Assembly: GCA_004764695.1 (NCBI GenBank)
Contig: SMSO01000034.1
Coordinates: 4,030,001-4,094,000 of the forward strand
Origin: Schizochytrium sp. TIO01
Lineage: Eukaryota; Protista; Bigyra: Labyrinthulomycetes
Reading direction: 5' to 3'
Length of the DNA stretch: 64,000 bases
The translations under genes and the position numbers were made by a program. Within the stretch, counting starts at the first letter, position 1, and every line of letters begins with the position of its first letter. Shown here piece after piece: positions 1-13,137 of this stretch. Under the pieces are notes generated by a model. The model saw only the letters and a program-made list of their open reading frames with translations. It did not search any database and was not told the origin of the DNA.

Positions 1-2898
1 ACTTCAAACTCCTGAGAGGTAAAAAAACGAAACGATAGCGAGAAAAGAATAAAATTGGAGATGGAAAGAAAACAGACAGTGCATCTTAGCGCCCCATCCA
101 AAGCCATAAGAACGAAGGAAACCCAAACAATGATTAGCGAAGAAAGAGAGAAAGGGAGAGGTTACTTGTATTACCCTGTTCCCTCCTATCGCGATCTCTT
201 CTTTCGCAAATAAGTTTTAGTTTGACGTAAAAAAGTGAACGTTTTGCACAACATCATAACTTGAATGGGCGATTTTAAACTTTATTTTAACTTATAATAA
301 TTATTATTATTTAAACATATAACGTATTTAAAATTTAAATTAGAACAATATTATAAGAGTGAAGTCCCTCTTATTATTTAAAATTTTTTAAAATACCATT
401 TCTAGGCTTGTTTTTGTTTTTTAATTTACACCCACAAGATAGTAAAAGCCAAAATATGCCTTGAAAGTAGCAGGTATTAGTAATAATACTTAATAGTTTG
501 CTATTTCTAAATTCATTTATAATTTGAGTTGTGCAAAGCAGTTATCTTAGAGGCAGGTAGTGAACAGAAGAAAAAAGCAAGACGAAAGATCCGTCGCGGC
601 ACGACAGAAGAAAGAGACCTGATACCAATACGTCTTCTCCGAGCAATAGACATATACATCCCAGGGAGAGGGCACTTGCATCGACTGCTTGAGAGGCCCT
701 CGACCACGGCTCCTCCTCGTCTTTCCTTGCACCTCGCTTGCCTTCGGTATCTCATGGCCCACCGACAACAGCTTCATTTTGTGCAGTACCTCTCCAGAGC
801 AGAGAGATGAGATGTGTTGTTCAATCTGCACTTAGGCCTCTTTCCTCACAATAATCCTAATTCTACCTTCGACTCAGAGTCCTTTCATTGATCATGGCGC
901 TACTTTTGACTATTTTTGTACCTGCAATGCATTTGAGTGGGTTGCTTTTGCCCAAGTTAAAAGATTTTAACCCGGCGAGAGTGCCCCTTTCGCTCTCTAG
1001 CTACAGCGTTGGAAACCTCCCTTTGAATTTCCACGCAAAAATTCATCAGTAGCAGTAGGACCTAGGCTACTCTGAAAACTCTAGACTAGAGGTACGCCGC
1101 GAAGCCTGTCTGTTGACCTCAGGCTGATGATGGGCAGCAGTTCCTTCCCTGGCGGCCTGCCTGTGGAGCAGCGTGTGCGTTGTGGGTGGCGCCGAGGCGG
1201 CCCAGCACGGCTTCTACTCCTCCGCCGCTAGCGCTCCCGATCGGCGTAGATCATCAGCGATATTCATTCATCGCGAGAAAAGCCATTTTCCTTTTTCATT
1301 TATTATTCCATTAGTTATTTATTTATTTATTTATTCTATAATAGCTAACATTGTATATTTATTCTACAATAACTAACATTGTAAACATCCTGTTTAAATA
1401 GAAAAATTAAAAAAAACAGGCCAGAAAGAAAGGGCCTGCGGCGGCTTGGAATCCACGCAACATATGGTGATATCATACATACATACATAGATGCATACAT
1501 ACTCTTGGTCGGGCTGCCTGAAAGAGGTCGTTCGAAGGACTTGCAAGCGCCTGCGTGGGCACGCAGTAAATAAGCACCTCCTACTGGGAGCAGGCAGGCG
1601 CGTAAACGGCCTACGTGCAGATCATAACATAGCACGCATCGGTGCGAGCACAGTCGCTCTCTCCGAGCACCATCCTGTAGAACATACATGAGAACAAACA
1701 ACTGGTTGCAGCAAGCATGGGCTTTATTTGATAGAGACAGCTGGCCATTGCACGATTGCACGGCGCCTGCTGGGTTGTATGAAGGAGGAGTGGAGTGAAT
1801 CACATTATGCAGAGCAGTGTTCCCTTCGGAAATTGCGATGGATCACAAACCATTCATGGATCGTGGTTATTGTTCATGGAACGTTTGGGACATCGAAGGA
1901 TCTCTCTCTCTCTCTCTCTCTCGCTCTCTTTTGTTTTCTCTATCTAATAATGGGTAGAAGGGGCCTAGGCCTTTCTGTAGCAAACGACTACTCGGGGTGC
2001 TTCGCTTTGTATTTCAGAGTAGTGACCGGAACATACCAGCACACCCTCAGCAATGCATAGCGTAGCATCTCGAAGGTCAAATCTTTAAGCGCTAGGTAAC
2101 AGTAGACAGGCATTATGTGTCATCACTCTACTATCTTTATGAAATCAATGAGGCTTGCTTTTGGAAAGCAAGTCAGTCTGGCTCCTGACCCGCCTCTTTG
2201 AAGATTAGGAGGCAGCAGTATTAGCAGGCAGGTAGTACCTCCTTAGGCATAGTATGATGCGATGAGCTAGAGTTTTGCTTTTACTACTACATAGGTCTCA
2301 ATTAGATTCATTTTTTCTGCTTCTTCTTCTTCTTGTTGCCATAAGAAAGTAATCTTATCACGTTTCCATGATACTTTCCACACGACGAAGTAGAGTAGGA
2401 GTAGGCGTCTATCTATCTACCTATTTATCTATCTTGAAATTGTGTTCGAAGCGGCGAATTAGATCGGTTGTACGATTTCCGCACGCTCTTTGTCCTGGTC
2501 AGCCACTCAACCACGGACATGGAATCTCGCTTTGGATTCGCTCGAAGGATTTCTCCAGTGAAGTTTGTGAAGCAGGTCCATGCTGATCTAATGATGCAGG
2601 TGCCTCAATAATGCCGATTTTTTGACCAACTGCAGAGCCAGAGTCTCGAAGGCAGCCACGCCAACAGATAAATAAACAAATAAACAAATAAGCAAATAAG
2701 CAAACAGACAGACAACCCAGATCTTCGAAACATAAGTGCAGCCGCAAATGAATATGATGACTTTGAAGCAGAGCTTTGGAAGAACAATGCCTATCTTCGC
2801 AAAAACTCGTCTCGCCTCCTCCACTCTCGTGGCGAGAAAGCAAGCCAAGCAGACACACAAATATTGAAAGGAAAGCGGCCGCTTCCAAAGTTGATTGC

Positions 2899-2899
<1 letters not shown>

Positions 2900-2955
<56 letters not shown>

Positions 2956-2956
2956 A
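2900..2956. repeat. (AAAG)n microsatellite
   Basis: Read directly from the sequence. Confidence 0.95.
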
Positions 2957-4824
2957 GAAAAGCAAAAAAAAAAGCAAAAAAGCAAAGAAGCAGCTTCGTC
3001 GTTGTTCTGAGCTGCGCCTTATCCGCCTTGGGACTACTCCAGTGTAGGATAGCCTACCTAGTTGTCATAGTGTCTGTCTTTACAGAGTCTGTTCCTCCTC
3101 TCTAGAGAGACATATTGACAGGACGAGGTCTAAGAAAACACGCGCCAACGACAGTCTGGAATCTGATCTTTCTTTAGTATTTTGAATTTTGACGATCATT
3201 TTTTAAATTTAAATTTAAATGGTATTAAAAATTTAATTTAAAACATGATTGAGCTAAAACCTGGTAGCGGCAGAGCTTCTTCTTCCCTGGGAAGTCGAGA
3301 AGAAGTCTGATTTTTTATAGGCCTAATTATCATTTATGTAAAAGTTTTGAAAGGCAAGTTTGTATCACTTTTCTCACATTCAGCTTCTACTAGTCAACAT
3401 GTGCTTCTTCTTTTTTTTTTTTTTTTTTCTTCTAAAAGTTTTGGTCGATGACTAGACTCTCTACTATCTGTTGGTTTGTTCACCTTTAAAAAAGTAATGG
3501 TAATGAGACAGTGAGAGAGCAAAAAAATGTAACTCGCCTTGAGAAATCATGACGTGGATAGATGTTTTTTAAAACCAAACAAACCTCCGCTTTTGCTAAG
3601 GCTACATGGAGTAACGCAACATGACCAAGTAAGGCGGTCTGATCAATCAATTCAGGCGAACCCAGCGGACGGCGTGCAAGCTGTGTTGATAAGCTCCTGC
3701 GGCAATTTCGTTGTGATGATTGTCTCGTAGGGACGCTCGAAAGCGCAAGATGAATGACATTTTATTTTGATTTTATTTTATTTCTGAAAAGAAAAGAGCT
3801 AAACTTTCCTAAGGGATGCCCACCAGGATTAGGTGTTGATGCTACCTACTGGTAACATAGAGAACTGTTATTTCTTTCTTACCTTCTTACCTTCTTTCAT
3901 TAATGTTTAAGATTGAAAAAGTATTAATATTATTCTTATTTTAAATAAAATATAGCAGAAATAGATTTGAAGCAGGCGGGATGGAAAACTCTCTAAAAGG
4001 CCACCAAGCCAGAGTTGTGCTACTCCTACCCAGTAGTACGTTCTAGTTGAGTAACGTGAAGAACAGAAGCTCAGGAAGATGGGAAGATGGGATTACTTTC
4101 CTCTCTTGGCAGCTCCTGAAGACAGCGAGGCGGGCCATCTGTGCATCAGCACTCGTCATCACGTTTCTTCTCTTCGATTTCCTTCTCTTCTCGTCTTCTT
4201 CCTATTCTTGGCGTGAATCCCGCCATGAGGATAAAACTAACTTTTACAAACTAATAGGGAGTAGGGAGGCAGTGAGTAACGAGCTAGAGAACTACTGGCA
4301 GCACCTTCCTTCGGCAACCTGAAAATCGTGCAGTAGGAGGTACCTAGCTAGAGTAGTCTTCGAAGAACAAATTCAAGAAACTAATTCGATTTTGCTTATG
4401 GAATCGAAAGCCTACCTTGAAGACTAACTATGCGACGCACTCGTCGGAGAACAGACTTGCAAAAGCTCTCGCAGCTAGTTTGCTCGTTACGATGATTGGA
4501 GCGCACATCGACTCTGACACTGTTGCTGTTGTTTTGTTGTTAACTTTTGTGTTCTACTTGTATTAAGGACTTTGAGGATACTTATGCTTGTTATATCATA
4601 GGCTGCAATTTTGACAGAGCATCGCGACATGAAAATGGGTTGCAAACCGGATGAATTGGAGTACGATAACAACTGAGCAAGAAATTATCTTACTCACAAA
4701 ACTCGCCCATTTGGCTCGCGAGCTTTTTATTCTGTTGATTTTGCATTCTCGTTAATGGCACCCAAAAGCAGGAGACCAATTTTAATGCCTAAGCTCCTCC
4801 TCCACTTACAAATCCATAATGACA

Positions 4825-5600
4825 CTATCTTCGTCTTTGATTGCTCGCTCGAGTGGATTCTGCCGCGGCACTTAGCAAGACATTTCTTTGCATATCGATC
4901 TTGAAAGCTCTGGTAACCGATATATTGCCTCCTTCTACAACCAAGGTAGTACCTGAGTCTGGGTTGCGTGCATTGTGGTCACGCCTAGAACACACTCCTA
5001 AGATCTTTCCGCATTGCACGTAATTGAAGATAGGCAGAAAGTTCTCCATCGCGCATAGAACATCGTTGATTGTACTACTTAATAAAGAAATTCTCTTTAA
5101 CTTTAAAAATGCACCTGAACATTGAACAATAGTAACGGCTCCAATTAGTTGCTCTAAAAACAAAAACTTCCGAGCATCTTCAACCTAACTCAAGGATTGC
5201 AAATAGCTATTTAGCATCCGTATGAGCACAAAAACTTTCTCTTCCGGATGTTACCCAGGAAAAATCAGTTCTGAGCGATGTATAGTGTTTCGTGTTTTCC
5301 ATTCAAGTAGCGTAGAATAGAAAGATAGAGACGATATTAAGAATTTGACGGGTCCAACCGGGTCAAAAACCACAAGGAGGGCTGCATCCTAAAAATTGTT
5401 TTTTAAGCATCTCCAAGAGGGAAAAAAGGAGAAAAGCTGATCTTCGGTTCATATCCTCAGCAATGTCGTCGTCTATACATTCCTTAATCAAACGGTAATA
5501 ATTAGCGTCCGTCAGAATGTTCTCAACATTGTAAAAAACTATCGCCTTCCAGTGTGTGTGGACAGATAGGAATGCCACGGTGAAGGAAAAGAGATTATAT
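4825..5600 (-). pseudogene. Fragmented coding-like sequence downstream of the glycosyltransferase
   Basis: Two protein-like ORF pieces (5363..5578, 4825..5163) on the same strand, with no recognisable family. Confidence 0.25.
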
Positions 5601-5611
5601 CGTTGTCTTGT

Positions 5612-7451
5612 CTACGCTGCCTGGATTTCGTTGAAATCTACGGAAAAGCTTAACAGCGTGCGTGGAGCAAGTGCTCCTTGAATGCCTTCAAGGCAGTCTT
5701 GTGGTGAAACTTCACCTCGACACAACCTTGCTTCTAGTAAATGAAATCCTCGTCCTGGATTAGGAACAGTGAGTAAAGGACCTATCTCGTCTAGCTTGAC
5801 ACATGAAACATTTTTGCGGTGACCATAAGAAATTTTAGAAGCAGCAGCCGCAGTGCTCGTTTCATCCAATGTGTCAGACTCTGCATATTTGTCCTCATGT
5901 TGCATCCCCTCATAGCCGCCATTATCATGTGTGGAATCTACATTTGCACGAGTACTACTTCCGGGATTTACTCTAGTTAGTAGCGCAAGACATATCTGAG
6001 CCGGAGCTGTCTTCGGCATCTCATCCTTTTTCTTCCCACTTTGTGCAACTGAACCACTCAAAGCCTCTCTTGTTGCATCATCCCTTTGCATGAATACTGA
6101 GATAAATTGGAATAGCATGCAATCCATAAATCTGTGCTCCACTCGCTGGATACCGAATTGAAAATTGGTAATCGTTGAGATTTTCTTGCTCAGAAATAGA
6201 AGATTTGACCAACGCAAGAGGCCACTGAGATGTGAAAGTTCGGGGACAAAAATTTGCAAAAACGCGACCTATAAAGGCATTGCGATAATCACTCCCAACA
6301 TGTGCAAGCTGACCTGGAATTTGGCTCTGCCATAAATGAATACCAAAAACAGGAAACTGTTTATCCGCATCTTCAGCAGAGTTGATACTGATCCTCTTCA
6401 TCTCATTCATAGCGTCACTAGAGAAAGTGCCTTGTAAAAATTCAGTAAGCAGTGCTCCATTTTGGAAAAAATGATACGTTTCACTCCACGTGATATCGTA
6501 GAAGCCTCGTCGTGGTAATAAATGAACTTTATCAAGTTCATTTTCACGCATATCGCGGCGCGACCATACGCGCCGTAATGCTGAGGGGCCATTCCATCCA
6601 AAAGGCTGAATCTGGAAAGTCGAGGTAAACTCCTTGATGAGAGTGCGAACAAAGGAGCGGTGGCGATCTGAAAACCTCATCACTGCATTGCAGATCATCC
6701 CAGAATGGTTCGCGCTTGGGATGTTGTTCATTTCGATGCCCATGAAAGCTCGAAATTGAATCTGCTCAAGTGATCGCACAGAGATAACATCGGTATCAAG
6801 ATATGTGCCTCCACATCCATATAATAAGGCAAGGCGCAAACCATCAGAAAGATGATGAAAGCGATGCCCTTCGGCCCAAACGCGTGACTTGAACCACTGA
6901 TCGAGTTCAGGCACTACACTAAATATGTATTCAAAGTCAAGCCGTACAAGACGCAAATTTTTAAACTCTTCATCGAGTCCTCGTAAATTCTTCCACGAAC
7001 TAGACAATACACGAACTCTAGACTTAGGGTTCTGTTGAGCTGCGCTCTCAATTGCACATAATGCTGTTGCCGATGGCACCAGAGATTCTGTGCTTGTGTG
7101 GACAAAAAATATTACATCTCCATATGGCTGTGAAGATCCAGTAGAAGTGGATCCCGATGATTCATTGCTAAACATCTCCCTTGGGCAATCGTCTACATCG
7201 TTGTGGTGCTTGTTACTCACAGCGCAGTGATTGTTTTCCGAGACTTTTGAAGGGAAGATAGTGACTTGTGGATCGTCAAAGGGACATCGCCATGTGCCGT
7301 GGCCGTTTACCCTTTGATCAAAGACATCAAATAGCGCTGTGCTATCTACGTTCTTCTCATGAAAGAGCCAGGGCGTAGGCTGCACAGGAAGAGCATCCAC
7401 CAGGCTCAACGCAAAATGTAGCATGCATACCAAGAGGCCCAGACGGGCCAT
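5612..7451 (-). CDS. GT32-family (alpha-1,4-glycosyltransferase, A4GALT-like) DXD glycosyltransferase with a putative C-terminal beta-rich/Ig-like domain; split by a +1 frame change at GGA-TGA (6083-6078)
   Basis: ATG at 7451 is followed by a signal peptide (MARLGLLVCMLHFALSLVDA). GT32 motifs: CAIESAAQQNP, LSDGLRLALLYGCGGTYLDTDVI, WNGP, GIHLW. The first frame stops at ...IYLSIHAKG-TGA (6078). The +1 frame (ORF 5612..6259) continues DATREAL...AQICLALL...GRGFHLLEARL...LLSFSVDF to TAG at 5612. The joined product would be about 612 aa. The catalytic-domain call is firm; the 3' extension is inferred. Confidence 0.85.
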
Positions 7452-8273
7452 GATGAAAAAAAGAAGGATTAACAAAAGGTGATTGATTATTATCTAAACT
7501 TTCTATTCTCATTTTGTCATTTTCTCTACGAAAAGTACTATTCTTATTATTATCCTAATTCTTTTTTAGTATTAGAAAAGGGCAAAAATATAGCACCCTG
7601 ATTTATCAGAATCTTGGTGCGCTAGGTAAGAAGCAGTTAATAAATTTAAGGACACAAACGAGGATAGTGTGGAGCTCCTTGCATTTGCTATTCAAATTTA
7701 TCTTTTTGGCTTTAAAGAGCTAGAGGTAATGGAAAATCAATAATTTGAGATCTAACTGCCATTTCGGTTTTGTATCTAGACAGATAGCACCTGGGTGGTC
7801 GTATTTCAAATAGCACCCTAAAGCCTAGTACCATGGTACCCTTTTGCTATTTAAAGGAAGGCTACATTCTTATATGGATCCTTTCTATTTGGCATACCAA
7901 AGCACATCACTCATAGCAAATCTGCTGTGTGCTTTACAATACAATGCTCAATTATCTAATTATACTCTGCCAAGAAATAGGTGTCATCTAATCCGCTTAA
8001 ACGTTGAATTTGATGTAATAGAACATAGTTGTTTAACAAGAATGCACGTACTTTGATGATCTGTATGTAAGCTGAGAGCGGAGAACCAGTGTCTCGGAGA
8101 TCCTCTGTGACGGACTGTTGTATAGTGAATTCTCTAATGAGAAGCACAAGTATGAGTCAAGAAATAATCGTGTATGACATCTTCTGTGTTGCTGAATGCT
8201 TCATATGCGACTAGATATTGCTCAAATTGATGATAAAGCAAGTTAAGTTTATCATAGAGGTGAACTTTACTAT

Positions 8274-10745
8274 CTATGAAGAAGGTATATCGTCATTGTC
8301 TGTGGAGCATTGGAAAGCCAAGGTTGGATCCGTGAAAAGCTGGTCCAGCGGAATAAAATTATCTGCGTCGCTCCCGTTAGCTTGAATGGGTAAGTCTTGT
8401 GGCAAAAGCCCACGCTCGTTCCATGTACGCATGCGCTGATCCGAGAAAGGACCTTGGAGTTGCCCTTGTGCATCCATGTAGAACCATTCATTAGGACCTG
8501 CGTCAGCAGTCCGTCCTTGGAGTTTCTGGTGCGGTTCAGATGTTGAACTTGTGGAGGCGGTGAAAGTAGATGGTTCCATGTGAGCATTGTATCTTGACGT
8601 CTTGCTGATCACATGTTGCTCGGGCTTTTGTGGATTACCACTGGTACCTGAGAACCCTTGTTGAGATTGATAAGAATGCGAATAAATAGGTGATGTTTGG
8701 AAATGTTGAGACTGGCTCCCTGAGGTATTGCTCCCATCTTGTAGTCGTTGGTGTTCTTGTCTGATGGGAATTTGCCGACTACCGTCAGGTAGGTAGTCTT
8801 GTCGCTGCTGAGAAGCAAACTCAGAAAATATAGGTTGCATAGGTTGCTGATGCTGCTGTAGCTTCGTTTGTTTTTCGATTGGTATGAAGGATTGACTCGG
8901 CAAGATTTGGCGGTCTCCACGCATCTGATCTTGAGGAACATAATTACTCCTTAATCGCGGATCTTGTCTGACCGAGCTCTGATATGCAGGTGCTTGCTTA
9001 GAGAGGTGATAATTTTGGCCTAAGATAGGATTTGGCTGTTGAGAAAATGTATTATCCGGAGGAGTGCGAATCTGCAAACCTTGAGGGTAGTGCGAATTTG
9101 AACTACTGCCATGATAAGATGCTGGGAAGTGCATACCTAGATTTGGCCTTTGTCTATCATCTAGGTTTAATAAACCACCGGAAGGTTCAACATAAGCATG
9201 GGTTAGAAAAGAGTTGTTGTTCGAACTTGTGTTAGATTGTAAATTGTGCCCAGGGTAATTATAGGTCTGGTGTGACTGAACTACAGGTTCATAAAGGGCT
9301 AATGCGGTCGCTCCATGGTAAGGTGACTTTGCTTCCTCAAGGTCCCAATCTTCGTCAAAGCTCATTAATGGAGTCTGATTGAACCGCTCGTTTGATGAAT
9401 CTCCCTGTGATTCATGCCTACGAAGTTCGTTCAAGCTGGACTCAAAATCAATGTGTTTTCGAGGTTGTTGATCCACACGTTGCAGTGCGTGTTGTTGCTC
9501 CAAGTGACGTGTTGGGGAGCGATGCCTTTGCACATCTGAATAGGTTTCATCAGGATATTGACGAGAAAGTGGTTGAAGATAATGGTTAGGCGAGTGTGGT
9601 GGCTGACGAGCCGAGTGAATCATAATACGGCGCCCCTCTCCTCTCAAATTTGTCTCAGATCGTGGAGATGCTTTAGATGGCGAAGCTATATCACAGAGCA
9701 GGAGTGGTTGAGAGCTGCGGATTTGTCCATCGTTGGGCTTCAACCCAGCCTTTTCTCTTTCAATGCGATATTTCTCATCTAGGAAACGTTGTCGAAGTTG
9801 TGCCCGTTTCTCTACAAGCTCCTTGAGCCGGGACTCCTCTTCCTCTAATTTTTGCTCAACTTGCACTCTTCGCTCTTGTTCAACTTGCTTCGTGTGTTGC
9901 ACGGCAAGCTCGTGCTTAATTTTATGCAGATAAGTACGATCTGATCTTCTATCTTGAAGATCAAGCTCTCGTTTTGCTCTTTGACGAATCTCGCGTAGCG
10001 CTTTCTCTTCATGGTGTGCGAGTCGTGCATCCGATTCTTGCTGGAGAATAACTTGCATACGGTGGTTCGCAAGGATTTGTCGCTCCTCGTTGCGCATACG
10101 GAGTTCCCTTGCATTCAACTCACGGTTAACAAGTGCCATTCCTGCTTGGCGAAACTCTCGTACACGTTGTTGCTCAAGCTTAGATTTTCTTTCACTTTGC
10201 TTTTTCTCGATCATTTCTTGCTTTTGCGTTTGTGCCTTGACATGCTTTTGATTTGTTTCAAGAAGCTTCGTGAAGCGCTCTGAATCGCAACCAGGGAGCA
10301 AACAAAGCGAGACAATGCAGTGTCATAAATACCACATCCCGAGTTAGTTTATCTGTATTACATACTACGACCGGATGAATCGAATACACTTACCTTCCTC
10401 TTGTTGAACCATATGCTCCATGGCCTGAATACCAGGGCCATATGCCTTATTTAGTTTACTTCCCGACAGGTTGTTTTGGCCATTCTGCGACTGCATCAAG
10501 TGCAGCCCTGGCTTACGTGGGTGGTCTACCATATCTGGAAAATAATACACGCCATGGAATCGCTTGTCAATAAGATCTGTACTAAGGATACTCTGTGTTC
10601 GGAAAGGGTCATCCTCGATGATTGGCATTTCAGCCTGAGAGGTCCGAACAGAAGATAATCCATCAATCTGCGTTTTAGACGGTTTTGATTTTGGGCTGTG
10701 CTGGACAAGTTGGTCTCGCAGTGCTTCATTATGTATTCGCATCAT
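8274..10745 (-). CDS. Coiled-coil, Q/P-rich protein with a C-terminal GYF domain; two exons (10745-10394, 10279-8274)
   Basis: The C-terminus WFYMDAQGQLQGPFSDQRMRTWNERGLLPQDLPI matches the GYF consensus (W-x-Y-x-D-x-x-G-x-x-Q-G-P-F...M-x-x-W). There is a long E/R/Q/K heptad region. ORFs 10365..10772 and 8274..10301 join in frame through the intron at 10280-10393. The first ATG in exon 1 is at 10745. Confidence 0.85.
10280..10393 (-). other. Spliceosomal intron (114 nt) in the GYF-domain gene
   Basis: Donor G|GTAAGT, internal ACTAAC branch site, pyrimidine-rich tract, acceptor TTCAG. Splicing restores the frame (GAA G|AG CGC TTC = E E R F). Confidence 0.85.
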
Positions 10746-11573
10746 TTTGATAGACTGTGCAGAAGGCCGCACGGAGCGGCACTATGGACTAGCTGCCACT
10801 TCTGTAGTGATCTTTAATAAGTTTACCTCCACTACCCCACCACCGTCAAAGAAAGCTCAGAAGCGAATCCAACTATCTAAATTTTGCGATCCTCTTCAGC
10901 CACGCAGCCCCTTTCAGGAATCGAATATACGTCGATATTCCCTTCCGCGTTGCAATAGTTTTTGAAACCTGGATCTTGTTATAAGTTAAAGCCCCAACTC
11001 ACGCGAGTCAGGGTCGAGCTAACTAAAAACACTTTTTGGTTATTTGACTCAAGAGCAGTTTCACTTCCCCAGTAAAATACTCTCGTATGAGCATGCTTCT
11101 CTCCGCAACGAAGTCAAGTGAGCAAGCATCTTGCCAAACCCAACTCGAGGTCCAACTTTTGGGCGCGGCCTTGTCTCAGTAATTTCGTTCGCGCATGTCC
11201 CCGCGTACGTCCAGTGCACACCCGATATTCACGTCGGTGAAATTAAAAGTGTATTTTAATTTGCCGGCCTACTGTGTGTTTCCCCGGTGACCACGGTGGC
11301 AGTCAAGAACAAGGAGAAGGAGAAGAAGAAGCAGAAGACCAAAGCTCGAAGCAAGTCGCTTGCTTCTCTCGTGCATCGCGGCGATCTTTCTGCTTCGCAA
11401 AGTAATCTGCTAAGTTTAGTAACTTGCTGCGGTCGATCTCTGCGTGTAGCTTCTACTTTTTGGTTACCTGCATTCGGGCTCTTGCCTGGTTGCTTCAAGA
11501 ACAGCGATAACAACAGCCAAAACAGACACGAAGGATAAACACAAAGTTGAAGAGCGCAAAAGAAGACTCTACA
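10746..11573. promoter_or_regulatory. Likely bidirectional promoter/5'UTR region between the divergent GYF gene and EMC4
   Basis: Head-to-head start codons about 830 bp apart; positional inference only. Confidence 0.5.
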
Positions 11574-12137
11574 ATGAGTGTCATCTACGGCTTTGAGCTT
11601 GGTGAAGACTCCAGCAACAAGCTCACGATTGGCACTGGAAAGACGGGAAAGACTGCGGGAGGTCTTTCTGATGCCCCTGGATACCTTGTTGGATACCAAC
11701 CTCCTCTGCTGGAGCCGGGTAGCTCAGCATCTGTGGACATGGAGGCCATGCGGGATGCCATGATGAAAATGAAAAAGAAGCAAATGATGGCAATTGGTCA
11801 GGGGCCTGGAAAACAGCTTTTTATGACTGGCTTTATGCTTTGGATGTCTGGCTCGGGTCTCAACATTTTCTCCATCATGATGACTGGTATGGCCTTGTGG
11901 AACCCGATCAAGAGTCTTCTTAGCATCAACACGACCTTTACTCCCTTTCGTGATGTCGATGGCCTCCTCCAGGCTAAGCTTATGTTCATTGTCCTCAACG
12001 GCGTTGGTCTGTCATTTGCTCTTTACAAATTAGGTCAGATGGGTCTGGTCCCGATTCGCTCTACTGACTGGCTAGGTCTCCTGGAGACTAGCGAGCCTGA
12101 AGAGATCATGGCTGCCATCCCGTCAATTTCGTACTAA
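11574..12137 (+). CDS. EMC4: ER membrane protein complex subunit 4 (TMEM85)
   Basis: Characteristic P-x-G-Y near the N-terminus, GPGKQLFMTGFMLWMSGSGLNIFSIMMTGMALWNPIKSL, and LYKLGQMGLVPIRSTDW. ATG at 11574. Confidence 0.93.
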   Translation: MSVIYGFELGEDSSNKLTIGTGKTGKTAGGLSDAPGYLVGYQPPLLEPGSSASVDMEAMRDAMMKMKKKQMMAIGQGPGKQLFMTGFMLWMSGSGLNIFSIMMTGMALWNPIKSLLSINTTFTPFRDVDGLLQAKLMFIVLNGVGLSFALYKLGQMGLVPIRSTDWLGLLETSEPEEIMAAIPSISY

Positions 12138-13137
12138 GTCAAGCGTGTGTAGTGGCCTGTCAGGCCACAAATGTTTATAGACTCGACTGCAAATGGACTC
12201 TCATAAACCTACTTTCCTCCATTGCCATCAACATTGGTAATCTCGAAATGGTTCGAAAACTAGAATTGCATAAGCAGAAAAAACCCTGAAGAAAGCATAC
12301 ACAATATTATAATCTTTCATCGTTATTAGTTTCCCTTCAGCTCAAGTTTTTCTTTCGGCTTTCAACATAAGACCAAGAATTGAAGTGCAGCATAAGTTTA
12401 TTAACTCTTATTATTGAATGCTGAATGTATACTCGGCGACAAATGAAGGTAAACATAGAGCTAGTTTACAGTTGCCTTCCAACGTTTTTGTTTTCTATTA
12501 AACTGTTTGGACCGGAATGTTCTATCTATGATTGCTGAATTGTCCAAAGCCTCTTGCCTTATTGCCGTTTACCTGTTCGTCGAACTGGGCTTTGCCTTTA
12601 CTGTGTTTTTCTTTATACATCTCTCTCAGATATTGCAAGGAATAAAGGGTCGCAACAGCATCAGGGGAAGAGAATACAATTACCCTTGCGAGATTTTGTT
12701 TTAAATGCAACAGTAGAAGAATGTACAAGACATTAAATGTCCAATTTCGCAAGGTTTGGGACAGGAAACAACGATTAAGTGGATGCAAGCGGGGCTATAG
12801 ACAATAAGAAGTATCTCATTTTAAGAACATAATGTTTGATAAGCTTATAAAATAAAATTAAATAAAACAAAATAAAACAAAGAACCAACTCTCATGACCA
12901 TACGAAGAATACACAAACATTACATTTTCAAAGTGCACTTTATGAAAGGAAACAATGTTTTGGTATCCATGCATGTTAAAATATAGTTTGGTTCACCGGC
13001 CGGGATGCAAGTAATCAGAGTTGCAAACAACTTTCAATTCCAAAAGTAAAGTAATTAGTACATCTGGCCATCAAAGAGGCATGGCGAGCGAGTACAGAAC
13101 GCTTGCATTGCCTATTATATGTTGAGAAACGATGAGC

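Noticed and set aside
5363-5614. In-frame TAG readthrough from the glycosyltransferase into ORF 5363..5578
   Set aside because: It is the same frame, but the downstream peptide has no recognisable motif, the preceding domain appears complete, and TAG is a normal stop in other genes here.
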